This document shows positions 41,917 to 53,832 of a stretch of 64,000 nucleotides of DNA, piece by piece (the first letter of the stretch is position 1; every line of letters begins with the position of its first letter). Source of the stretch: Giardia intestinalis (lineage: Eukaryota); NCBI GenBank assembly GCA_000002435.2, contig CM018790.1; one strand, written 5' to 3'. A program made the translations under genes and the position numbers. The notes beneath the pieces are model-generated. The model was not told the DNA's origin. It did no database searches and worked only from the letters and a program-made list of their open reading frames with translations.

Positions 41917-43803
41917 ATGTTGCTGGTAGTTTTCTACTTTGTGCTGAGTGCTCTTGCGGGAGCATGTACTGTTGAGGCTAACACACGAGATTGTACAGAG
42001 AATAAGTGCGAAATGGTTGGCGAAACAGAAATCTGTACACAATGCAAGACGGGCGGAAATGTTCCCATTGATGGAGTGTGTAAGGCGGTTGCTGAGGCCG
42101 CCAATAAGTGTACGAAGAGCGATGACAATCCGGTAGGCGCAGGAGATACGACTTGTGGAAAATGCGTAAACGCATACTTCATGTACAAAGGCGGATGTTA
42201 TCTGGCCGGTGCAGCTGGACCGGGTACTGGTACTAAAATGTGCAAGCAGGCTGCTGGTGGCAAGTGTACGCAAGCTGCTGATGCGAAGAACTACTTCATT
42301 CCACCAGCAAATACAGACGATACTCATGATTCTGTCGTTTGGTGCGGTGATGAAATAGGCGTAACACTTAGTAGTACTCAGTATAAGGGTGTTGCTAAGT
42401 GCCTAGTATGTGATGCTCCCGGTGGGGCTGGTGCTGCAACGTGCACAACCTGTGAAGACGGGTACTTTGGTGCTACTTGTAAAAAATGCCATGAAAGTTG
42501 TAGGACATGTGAAGCTGCAGAAGAGAATAAGTGCAAGTCGTGTACAGATGGCTACTTCCTTGGAGCAACCAATGGAGCCGCAGGTAAGTGCCTTAAGTGT
42601 AACTCTAAAACAGAGGAAGGCTGGCACGGAGTTGACAACTGTGCTAAGTGCACGTCATCTAATACGCAAAACACCCCTGCGACATGCACTGAATGCGTTG
42701 CAAATTTCTATCTAAAACCAGCCGCGGGTGCAACTCCTTCTAGTTGCGTCACAGAAACGGGGTGCGGTGACGGATACTTCCCAACTATTGTTGATGAGAT
42801 CAAGAAATGTATCGCTTGCGGTACAGCTGCAAATGGTGGCATAGATGACTGCAAAAAGTGTTCTCTCAAAACAACGTCTGCGAAGGCAGGAATAGAGATC
42901 GTATGCACTGAATGTAATACTAAATGGCTCAGTCCTCTAGGAGACGCATGTTTGGATAGCTGTCCTCCTGGAACACATGCTGATTCTGGCAATATTTGTC
43001 CTTTATGTCATAGCACATGTGCAGAGTGTGATGGCAATGCAGAAGCCACATCGTGCAGAGCATGTTATCCCGGATTTGTGCTGAGTTATGGCAGCGATAA
43101 AGTCAGAGGCACATGTATTCAAGAATGTACCGGCAAATACGCAGAAAATTGTGAAGAAAATATGTGTACGGCTGTCCTTGGAGGCTCCAAGTATTGTAGC
43201 AAGTGTAAGGCCGGATTCGTTCCAATAGATGGTGTCTGTGTATCGACAGCTTCACGAGCAGTAACCGGATGTACGCCAGGAAATGGAGTATGCATTGCAT
43301 GTACAGACTCATACTTCTTACAGTCTGGAGGATGCTATCAGTCGACAGTGTTTCCTGGTAATAAGCTGTGTACACTAGCTAGTAATGGAAAGTGTACAGC
43401 ATGCTCCAACGGGCAAACAGCAGATGGTCAAGGTTCGTGCCCAGCGTGTAATGCCATCTGTGCAACATGTGCGGCAGGAAATATAGACCAATGCCAAACT
43501 TGCTTCCCTGGATACTATAAATCCGGAACTAAGTGCGTAAAATGTAGCATTACTGACAACGGAATAACTGGTGTAGAGAACTGCATAAGCTGTGCCCCTC
43601 CAGCTGGTAATAGTGGTCCTGTCACTTGCTATATGAAGACAGATGACACTAACGATGGTGGTAACGACAACAACGGCGGAAGCACGAACAAGAGCGGGCT
43701 CTCCACAGGGGCCATCGCGGGGATCTCCGTGGCTGTGATTGTTGTTGTAGGTGGTCTCATAGGCTTCTTGTGTTGGTGGTTCATATGTAGAGGGAAGGCG
43801 TAA
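41917..43803 (+). CDS. Variant-specific surface protein (VSP), copy A of an identical inverted pair
   Basis: 628 aa: signal peptide [16 protein letters not shown], dozens of CXXC motifs, GGCY motifs ([18 protein letters not shown]), a transmembrane helix and the CRGKA* tail. AGTAAAC polyA motif at 43811-43817. Confidence 0.9.
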   Translation: [628 protein letters not shown]

Positions 43804-43810
43804 CTTAGGT

Positions 43811-43817
43811 AGTAAAC
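43811..43817 (+). terminator. AGTRAAY polyadenylation signal (agtaaac) of VSP copy A; its mirror for copy B is at 46537-46543 on the minus strand
   Basis: Motif lies 8 nt after the TAA stop. Confidence 0.4.
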
Positions 43818-44322
43818 GCGTTACTTTATGTAACCTATGTAGATGTGCTGCTGGGGCTATCTGAGCGCGGTCCAGAGATCGTGTGGGTAATCATCGCTCC
43901 TTCCTGACCAGTCCAGAGACGATGGCTGGTTGTGAATAATATAACGAGAGAATCCTCTCCAGTGATACCTCCAGAGCCTGGTGCATTCCTCAATCATTTC
44001 GTGGGCGTGTGCTCAGACCGAATGCGTACATCGGTCCTTTAGGGGTTCAGGCCCTCTTGCAGACTCTCTGATCCGCCGGCGCCTCTCCTTGGTCTGCCGC
44101 CTTGGTGGATGAGGCTTGGGTCGCTGTCTTTTTTAGATGCCCCCATCTGTCAGAGGGCTGCCCTCGGGCTCTCTTCTGGCCGCCCCTCGGTGTCCGTCCG
44201 GCTGTGGCCCGGGCAGTGCTTCTACAGTCGCGGTCACTTGGGTATCAGCGGGCCAGCTGGTGGGCGAGGCGGGGTTGGTGAGGCTGGAGGGGACTGGTGG
44301 GGGCTGAGGTGGGCGGTGTTGT

Positions 44323-46031
44323 ATGCGCCCCTGACCTCTTGGTGAGTGGGGTGATCGCAGCTGTTATGACTGGGGGCTGTCCATCTGTGACTCATCCCTC
44401 TGTGTGCTCGTGGTCTGTGAGTGCCTCCACCCAGACAACCCTCAGGAGCCGGAGAGTGGTGCCAGCCTAGCTGTCCTCCCTCCTCGGTGCCTCCCAGTGC
44501 AGACTCACCGGAGGCCACTACCCTGTCAGCCACCCGAAGGAGCCGTGCACGCCGGGACAGAGAGAGTGACCAAGGGGAGTCAAGCAGCCCTGCCATGAGA
44601 GTGCACAGCAACCAGCCTGGACTGTATGGGCTGCTCGAACAGTGGTAGTGGCAGACGACTCCCTCTGACAGCAGCCCTGATGACGGCACTGGCCTGCTCT
44701 TGAGACTGAATGACAGTGAACACAGACGGACATGAGCGCAGGAGGACCATCCACACACGAACAGACTGTGTGGACCCAGAGAGGACTAGGGTCTGCTCAG
44801 ACACACGCTGACTGTGCCCCATACGAGAGTACCAGGCAACCACCCGAGCACCCGAGAGGCAGGTACAGCCACGGGCACTAGAGATCCCCAGCCAGACACA
44901 TTGCCATGCTCATCCACAGGGGCATCAGAGGGCCAGGTGGGGTCACTCTCACAATCAGGGGCCTGATAGGAAGCCAGAGGACCCGAGCAGCACAGCACAG
45001 CAGGCCCAAGGGAGGCACACTCCAGGCAGGTGAGCAGTGGCAGAGCCTTGACAGCTGCCAGCCCCCCATGACACCCAGGCAGGCACCAGACTCCGAAGAC
45101 TCGCTGGCCTCCACCTATGACCCGAGAGGGCAGCAACCAGAGGAGCGAGGAGGCCTTCGGATGACACAAGAGGCCGGCTGTCCAGCGGGCGATGGAGCAC
45201 AGGTGGCCTCTGAGCACCATAAGGCACAGGACTGACCATCAGAGTGATGCCCGGTCACAGAGACGACCACGAGCACCCTCCACCCACTCTGAGGGGCTGT
45301 CGATCATTCACTGCCTCTCATAGCAGACCTCCTTAAGGGCAGTGCAGTGGGTCCCAGCTCATGCAGGAGGGTGCACACCCCTCAGTATAGGACACCCCGA
45401 CTCTCCCCGAGGGGTCATCAGAGCCATGAGAGGTGTCAAGGTCCTGATAGATCACACCGGGAACCCCTCGAATGGGCACAGCAGGTGAGGTATGGGTGAC
45501 CCCAGCGTGCTCCTCTCTGCATGGTAGAGCATCCTGAGACCAAGGGGGTCACCTCTGCCTACGGATAATACACAGCACTCCATGACAAGGACCCACCAGG
45601 AGCAGCACAGCTGACCACGGGGACAGTGCAGTCACCAGTGCCCCACCGTGCCAGTCTTCTGGGCCATCACACTAGAGGCACGAGAGAACCCCATCCCATC
45701 CACCGGCTCATCTATGCCCCTGCTGGCCCGAGGTGAACTAACCTTGTCGAGGCACTGGACAGGGCATGCCAGGGGGCCCAGCAGACCCGCACAGAGCAAC
45801 AGGAGGGGCTGCGATGGCCTGCCTCACCCTTCACGCACCAGCCAGACAGAGCAGCAGTACTGCCTGAGACATGCAGGGGCTAAGGGAGGCGCTCAGTCGG
45901 GGGACACGACACGATCGTCGGTGCCTCTGTCTCGGGAGTGCAACGCAGGCTGGTGATCAGACACAACCACCTTAGCAAACAGAGCGGGGATCACCCACCA
46001 CCGCAATGACCCACCGGACCCAGGGGCGCAT
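44323..46031. other. Unique 1.7 kb spacer at the centre of the inverted repeat; GC-rich and strongly T-poor on the plus strand
   Basis: ORFs in this interval have no mirror partners. Composition is dominated by C, A and G runs (e.g. cacagacggacatgagcgcaggaggaccatccacacacgaacagac). Overlapping junk ORFs lie on both strands. Confidence 0.7.
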
Positions 46032-49000
46032 ACAACACCGCCCACCTCAGCCCCCACCAGTCCCCTCCAGCCTCACCAACCCCGCCTCGCCCACCAGCTG
46101 GCCCGCTGATACCCAAGTGACCGCGACTGTAGAAGCACTGCCCGGGCCACAGCCGGACGGACACCGAGGGGCGGCCAGAAGAGAGCCCGAGGGCAGCCCT
46201 CTGACAGATGGGGGCATCTAAAAAAGACAGCGACCCAAGCCTCATCCACCAAGGCGGCAGACCAAGGAGAGGCGCCGGCGGATCAGAGAGTCTGCAAGAG
46301 GGCCTGAACCCCTAAAGGACCGATGTACGCATTCGGTCTGAGCACACGCCCACGAAATGATTGAGGAATGCACCAGGCTCTGGAGGTATCACTGGAGAGG
46401 ATTCTCTCGTTATATTATTCACAACCAGCCATCGTCTCTGGACTGGTCAGGAAGGAGCGATGATTACCCACACGATCTCTGGACCGCGCTCAGATAGCCC
46501 CAGCAGCACATCTACATAGGTTACATAAAGTAACGCGTTTACTACCTAAGTTACGCCTTCCCTCTACATATGAACCACCAACACAAGAAGCCTATGAGAC
46601 CACCTACAACAACAATCACAGCCACGGAGATCCCCGCGATGGCCCCTGTGGAGAGCCCGCTCTTGTTCGTGCTTCCGCCGTTGTTGTCGTTACCACCATC
46701 GTTAGTGTCATCTGTCTTCATATAGCAAGTGACAGGACCACTATTACCAGCTGGAGGGGCACAGCTTATGCAGTTCTCTACACCAGTTATTCCGTTGTCA
46801 GTAATGCTACATTTTACGCACTTAGTTCCGGATTTATAGTATCCAGGGAAGCAAGTTTGGCATTGGTCTATATTTCCTGCCGCACATGTTGCACAGATGG
46901 CATTACACGCTGGGCACGAACCTTGACCATCTGCTGTTTGCCCGTTGGAGCATGCTGTACACTTTCCATTACTAGCTAGTGTACACAGCTTATTACCAGG
47001 AAACACTGTCGACTGATAGCATCCTCCAGACTGTAAGAAGTATGAGTCTGTACATGCAATGCATACTCCATTTCCTGGCGTACATCCGGTTACTGCTCGT
47101 GAAGCTGTCGATACACAGACACCATCTATTGGAACGAATCCGGCCTTACACTTGCTACAATACTTGGAGCCTCCAAGGACAGCCGTACACATATTTTCTT
47201 CACAATTTTCTGCGTATTTGCCGGTACATTCTTGAATACATGTGCCTCTGACTTTATCGCTGCCATAACTCAGCACAAATCCGGGATAACATGCTCTGCA
47301 CGATGTGGCTTCTGCATTGCCATCACACTCTGCACATGTGCTATGACATAAAGGACAAATATTGCCAGAATCAGCATGTGTTCCAGGAGGACAGCTATCC
47401 AAACATGCGTCTCCTAGAGGACTGAGCCATTTAGTATTACATTCAGTGCATACGATCTCTATTCCTGCCTTCGCAGACGTTGTTTTGAGAGAACACTTTT
47501 TGCAGTCATCTATGCCACCATTTGCAGCTGTACCGCAAGCGATACATTTCTTGATCTCATCAACAATAGTTGGGAAGTATCCGTCACCGCACCCCGTTTC
47601 TGTGACGCAACTAGAAGGAGTTGCACCCGCGGCTGGTTTTAGATAGAAATTTGCAACGCATTCAGTGCATGTCGCAGGGGTGTTTTGCGTATTAGATGAC
47701 GTGCACTTAGCACAGTTGTCAACTCCGTGCCAGCCTTCCTCTGTTTTAGAGTTACACTTAAGGCACTTACCTGCGGCTCCATTGGTTGCTCCAAGGAAGT
47801 AGCCATCTGTACACGACTTGCACTTATTCTCTTCTGCAGCTTCACATGTCCTACAACTTTCATGGCATTTTTTACAAGTAGCACCAAAGTACCCGTCTTC
47901 ACAGGTTGTGCACGTTGCAGCACCAGCCCCACCGGGAGCATCACATACTAGGCACTTAGCAACACCCTTATACTGAGTACTACTAAGTGTTACGCCTATT
48001 TCATCACCGCACCAAACGACAGAATCATGAGTATCGTCTGTATTTGCTGGTGGAATGAAGTAGTTCTTCGCATCAGCAGCTTGCGTACACTTGCCACCAG
48101 CAGCCTGCTTGCACATTTTAGTACCAGTACCCGGTCCAGCTGCACCGGCCAGATAACATCCGCCTTTGTACATGAAGTATGCGTTTACGCATTTTCCACA
48201 AGTCGTATCTCCTGCGCCTACCGGATTGTCATCGCTCTTCGTACACTTATTGGCGGCCTCAGCAACCGCCTTACACACTCCATCAATGGGAACATTTCCG
48301 CCCGTCTTGCATTGTGTACAGATTTCTGTTTCGCCAACCATTTCGCACTTATTCTCTGTACAATCTCGTGTGTTAGCCTCAACAGTACATGCTCCCGCAA
48401 GAGCACTCAGCACAAAGTAGAAAACTACCAGCAACATTGAGGTCCTTCTCAGCTTGTCGTATAAGTAAGAATAAGATACTTAAGACTAAAGACCTGACTA
48501 CACTATGCTAATTAATCCAAAGAGATTCGTCTTCTACGATACCTCTGCTTAGGGCATAGAAGCTCATCGAATACTAAGCACATCTACTGCATACAGCCCA
48601 CGCGAGCTCCCTGGGTCTGAACCCCATGCTCCCTGCACAACACGCAGGGAAACAGAAAATCCAAAAATAAGTGGTGAGACCTCTCCACACGCTTGCCGCC
48701 TCTCTGCCCTGCGGCCAATCAAAGGACGGCTCGAGTGCCTCCACTGTGCCGTGGGTTCGTTGCTGGCTTTTCTCCTGGCGTCTTTGCGTCTCTGATAAGC
48801 CAGCTCCCTGTGCTTTCCCTGGACGGGTCGGGCCCCTGCGGACCCCCGTGCGCCGATGACCTTCTCTCCGCCTCCGTAGCATTCGCATCCCTTTGGATTA
48901 TGTCTGCGACCTCTGGTCGTCACAGGGGAGCCTCCCTTAATGAAAGACCCCTACGAGATCCTAAGAGAAGATCGCAGCAACCACTGGGGTTTGTGGAAGG

Positions 49001-52000
49001 TGTGAACCGGCAAAGATTAGATAATAAGGTGCAGCAGTCTGTTGGATGTACAGTGTGTCATTTCTGGCCTTTTTTAATGAATATTATTAAGATATCCTAT
49101 CGCATGACGGGATGCCATGTGAAGCTTAGAAGGCGCAGACAAGCAGTCCCGCATCTGGACAAGGAGAATCACTGACCAAGCCGTGCCACCTTCTAAGTTG
49201 ATTGACCAGGACTCCTGTCATCCCTTCTGGATCATCTTGAGACCATCACTACCACCACTAGTGAAAACACCTGGGTTTGCAGTACCCTGAGCCTATTGGT
49301 GTAGGACTTTAGGCCCTCAGAGCTTCCTACATGTGGATACCTATAGTAGAGGGAGCAGAAATCCAGGAGAGTATAATGACTTGCCAGCTACTGGCCGAAA
49401 TCCTGATCTAGAATCCTTTGTGGCTTTGTGTGAGGCAGAAGGATGGTCAGATCTCCCGTCTGTTGATAAGGGAGTTAGATAGCGTTCGTTTGTGACCTTT
49501 GGTCCAAGCTATAACTGGCCATGGGTAGATATGCCGATCGATACAAGTGCCCTATCTCTTGACGCAAGAATTATACCATACGAAAGGTTGCATCATTACG
49601 GCATGACATGTCTTTCTGATGCACAATACGAAAGTGGGCCCCCGTTGTGCAGCTGGGAATCCGAACAACCCGACTGAAGGCGCCATATCTCATATTATTT
49701 CTAATACAATTCTGCTAGAGGCAGGGACATCGATATTCATAAGCTGATACGAGAAATGGGAGGTTCAGCAGCATACACCTTGAGTCGGGGAGCACCATAG
49801 ATATACATCTTGGATACAATCTTGTCAAGGATCTTATAGGAGACTGGCCTGGGCCTCAGTGGCAGGGCGGTCTTCATTGAGAAAGCGGATGTTGTGACTG
49901 CTGACAACTCGCCCATTTATTCTTGGGAAAGACACCGCTAATGCTCATTACTGCGGGATGGCTGACCCTTACTTACCTATAGGACCACTGATGTACAGTG
50001 TAGATTATCTACAGGGTTGATATCGTCATCTATCGCTGGCTCTACATGAGTAGGGTGGACTCTGCGGATTGATCAGTCATCTTAAGAAATCGTGCACCAG
50101 CGAGGCTGCATTGCGGCCTGCATTCGATAGGTAAGGGTTCCATTGGGCTGTAATGCACCTTGCAGAGCCCACAAGGTGTGTAGCTACCTCAGCGCAGCCA
50201 CCGAGATGGTAGCCTTACTTAATTGAGACTCGCAGATCTGAGCACAGTATAGCACCTTTTCGAGTCTTTGGAGTCAAGCGTATCTCAAGCGACGAAGATA
50301 AATGGAGACACGGAGATAGTCAATACTAACAATAAGCTGCTCTGATCCCTGCTATCTGAGGAATTAGCAGAATCGTAGAATAACAAGGACCCATTTCATA
50401 CCCCTGCTCAGGTGGCTGTGTCTTGATGAAAGTACGTGCCACAGTCACTGCCAGCTGTCTGTTGGTAGAATACCACTACACTGGAGGCCATGATCTGGGT
50501 TGCTAATTAGACTAAGAAGCAACAATAATTACACAAACAATGAGTGAGAAAGTCAATGCTGATTGTGTATCTCCCACATTGAACATACCCACTGCACAGG
50601 GTAAAGTGCTTAACGTCCCAGGGGCCCATTGAAACCAAGTGCTTGTCAGTAACAATATACATACGGGCTCCAAACGGCAGGGAGAACTAGATGGCGGCTG
50701 GCGAGGAGATACTGGAGAGCACAACGGATGTCCACATGGTAAACTGGTGGTTCTTTTCCTTAGCAGACAGGACTCTGGCCTGTAATGGTTACCTACATGA
50801 CGCATGCCTTACAGGACCGATAGAAGCATCTGCATACTAATCTGGAAAGGCTATCAGCAGGTTATACGAGATATGCAAGTGGAGAACAAGAGCGGACCAT
50901 ACCACCCTGACTGATGAGCAATCTAAATTACGTAACGTGTGTACCAGCCCCTTGGTCGAAGGTGAAGGTACACTGTAGAACACCACACAGGCCGGAGGTG
51001 TTGTTGGTGAATGTCTGCCACGGGAAGACGCAAGTGAGGTACCTGTGGACAGAGACCACACTGACTGGTACTGATCTGCACAGTATACCCCTACAATCGA
51101 TCTTAATCTGTATGTGGAGAGAAAGCGAGCCTCCTCGACTCCAGACGAAGCAGACCCCAATAAATACTACGTTGCTACAAACGTATAAAATCAAAAAGAG
51201 CGTCCGGTTTGCCCACAGACCCCGTGACGTTTCCATGCTTAGAAGTCAGAGGGGCACTACAAGTGTCACCACTGCAATCTGAGCCGGTAGCTGGCCTCTC
51301 TAGCGTCAGGTGTATCTCACTGGTTTGCTGATGGCCTCTACCCTCTCCGTGCGAACCGGCTTTCCAGGAATCACTGTGCATGGATAGCCTTCTATGCATA
51401 TAAATAGCATCTTCCTTTGCTGAGGCATGCCACCCAGGATCAAACACTATAAGGCAAGCGCGACCAGAAGCAATTTTCCTTACAAGCCCGTCTACCACTA
51501 GCAGTGAGCATCCAAACGTGTGCACAGGTCCTTGACAAGTGCACTGCGATTCAGGTCGGTCAGTATACTAGACTCGTGACACTTGGTGCACGGATTTCTG
51601 TTTTTAGCTATAGGTATGGAGCCCATGCCTTACCTTGAAAGACGGTGGAACGCTCTGCAGGACCCTTCTGGATATACAGCTATCGCTATAGCTGATGGGG
51701 GAGTAGGTGCGAAGACCTTATGCTTAAACAAAAGCACTCTAGTGCAACCAAGGGCTGTCTCTCGTCAATAGCAGACAGCTCAGACAGGTGGTGTCCATTC
51801 CATCATCAGACCTTATGCGGCGTGTGTGCATTATTAGAGAAGCTTCTGTAATCTCTGCTCAGTCTGCTGGGCAGGCACAGCCCAAGTGCAACGAAGACGG
51901 TGGTGGAGGCAGCCACCGGCGCAGGGCAGTGGGGCGTGTTGCTCGGTGCAGCGCTCTGTAGTTGGAGACTTCGGCCCTCTGAGACGGTCATAGTACAATG

Positions 52001-53027
52001 TCCACACATGCAATTGCCTTTTCATGCTGCTTACCCCTATAAGCAGTTGCGATGCATCATACATCAGAAGCGGCGCAGAAGGTCCTCAGACTACCGGACC
52101 AGTAGACCGAACTGACAAGGGCAGCTGGCCATGCACGCAGAATCTCTGTCCTGGGGGCGGCGGGCGCGACGGCTGCCTCAAGTTTTTTAGCCGGGGTGGG
52201 GCTGTCACCTGCTATCTGAGTGATCTTCCCATGCAAGCTACCGCCGCTCTGGGGAAGCAGGTCTCCCTCATCCCTGCATTGGCCAAGATCAAAACCCAAA
52301 GTTCGAACTCAAGTGCCAAGCGACTCCGACGGGAGAAGAACTTTTGTTCTGCCCTCTTCCCAAGAACGAGACAGGACAACCACGATCAGGGGACGATCAT
52401 GATGCGCTCCACAAGGCAGTCCCGAGCCCCCTGGAGACCCAGACACTGGCCTTCCTCGAGACAGAGCAGACTGCGTTCCACCGATTGCACATGGGTGGTG
52501 TTCGCATGGCACAGGGAGACACAAGCTGATGGGTACAGCGGTCTTGCTCGACATAACGAGAGCCCCAACAGCAGACGGCCTCTCCCAGGCAAGTGTGCCC
52601 CGTCCCGAGGAGCTGCGTCGAGGCCTTCCTCCGGCTGGGACGCGCTGCACTCCTGGACTCGGTCCCTCGGGGCCCTGCGCATGCCCCCATACTGCGTGGT
52701 ACAGAACCTGCTCACCAGGAGCTGAAGGAGATACTCCACTCACTGCCCATGCCGATGACAGTGACGCGACAGGGTAGTCACAGAGGCGACAGACCTAGCG
52801 AAGCGCTATGCTCGACGGTCAACATTGGGTGTAAGAGCACTGAGGGGCAGGAGGCCTCCTTCCTGGCCGGTCTCAAGGAGCTCCCAGAGCAACGGAGAGC
52901 TTGAAGCCAGTGATGGCACTAATCACTCGCCCCGCCTGTCCAGACGGACCCACACGTGACCCATGTGAATCCCTCGACAAGAAATAGGACTTGGGGTGCT
53001 TGGCTGGCAGAGGCGGACTGATCCTAA
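46032..53027. repeat. Right arm (~7.0 kb) of the inverted repeat, reverse complement of 37327-44322 at about 99.9% identity
   Basis: See left arm. The only differences seen are a roughly 20-bp hypervariable patch (left 37806-37823 / right 52531-52548) and two single substitutions near left 38105-38125. Confidence 0.92.
46551..48437 (-). CDS. Variant-specific surface protein (VSP), copy B, convergent with copy A
   Basis: Translated protein is identical to copy A, 628/628 aa. Confidence 0.9.
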   Translation of the reverse strand: [628 protein letters not shown]

Positions 53028-53832
53028 CCGCACCGAAGAGTGGAGGCCTGGACCACCTGCCGGGGGTCTGCCGCAGCAGCTGGCAGTGCCTGACACCCTC
53101 GAGTAGACGGGCGCCGGTTGTAGAGAGAGACGGCCTGACGGTGAACCGGTCCTGATCGCTCGTGATGCTTCGGATGACACCCTTCAGAGAGGTGGCCCTG
53201 GACCGACGCCTCAGCAGACCGAAGCATCACCCCAAGCGTGCTGTGCGGTGCAGATGGACCAGCTCATACGTCATTGAGCCAGACGCACTGCATAGAATGA
53301 TGCGCCGACACGATCTCGTACTGGGTGACTGGCCACCTGTAAGAGCGCACTGCGATCCATGAGCAGAGGGGTGGGCCTCCTCCCCCGACACCACCGCATG
53401 GGATTACTCCATCGGCATCCATGAACGCATACTATGACTCCAAGACAGAGGCGCAGGGGGAGCACACCCTTGATAATGGAACAGATGGTGCCCTCCACGA
53501 GGAGGCGAAGAGGCACCCGAGGAACGGGGCAGGCACCCGGGGTCGTGGCGTGGGATCTTCGTCATGGAGCACCAGCACCAGGGCCACGTGGAGGCCAGAT
53601 CGCCGCGACAGACGCAAGACCTGAGATAGCAGGTGCTCAATAGATGTCAGACGATGGTTGACCCCGACGGGCCAGAGGAAGGAAAGTCCTAGGGGGCACC
53701 GCGAGGAGCGGCAGGGACTCCCGAGAGGCAGAGCAAAGTTCCTTCTTCTTCTCCCATCGGAATCGCTACATCCGATCTCAGATTTCGGATTCTGGATCTC
53801 AACCGATGCAGGGACGGGAGGTACTTGTTTGT

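Larger units (their letters stand above)
37327..44322. repeat. Left arm (~7.0 kb) of a large inverted repeat; it contains a ~4.6 kb non-coding stretch followed by a VSP gene
   Basis: Every ORF in 37327-44322 has a mirror-image twin in 46032-53027 on the opposite strand (e.g. 41917..43803+ and 46551..48437-; 37629..38330- and 52024..52725+), all symmetric about coordinate ~45177. I checked the reverse-complement matches directly at both boundaries. Confidence 0.92.

Noticed and set aside
41914-42715. Long antisense and overlapping ORFs inside the VSP genes (e.g. 41914..42327-, 42410..42715+, 42708..42992-, 43103..43375-, with mirror twins in copy B)
   Set aside because: They overlap the strongly supported VSP frame. 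They arise because Cys/Gly/Thr-rich codon usage leaves other frames poor in stop codons. They are mirrored only because the whole arm is duplicated.
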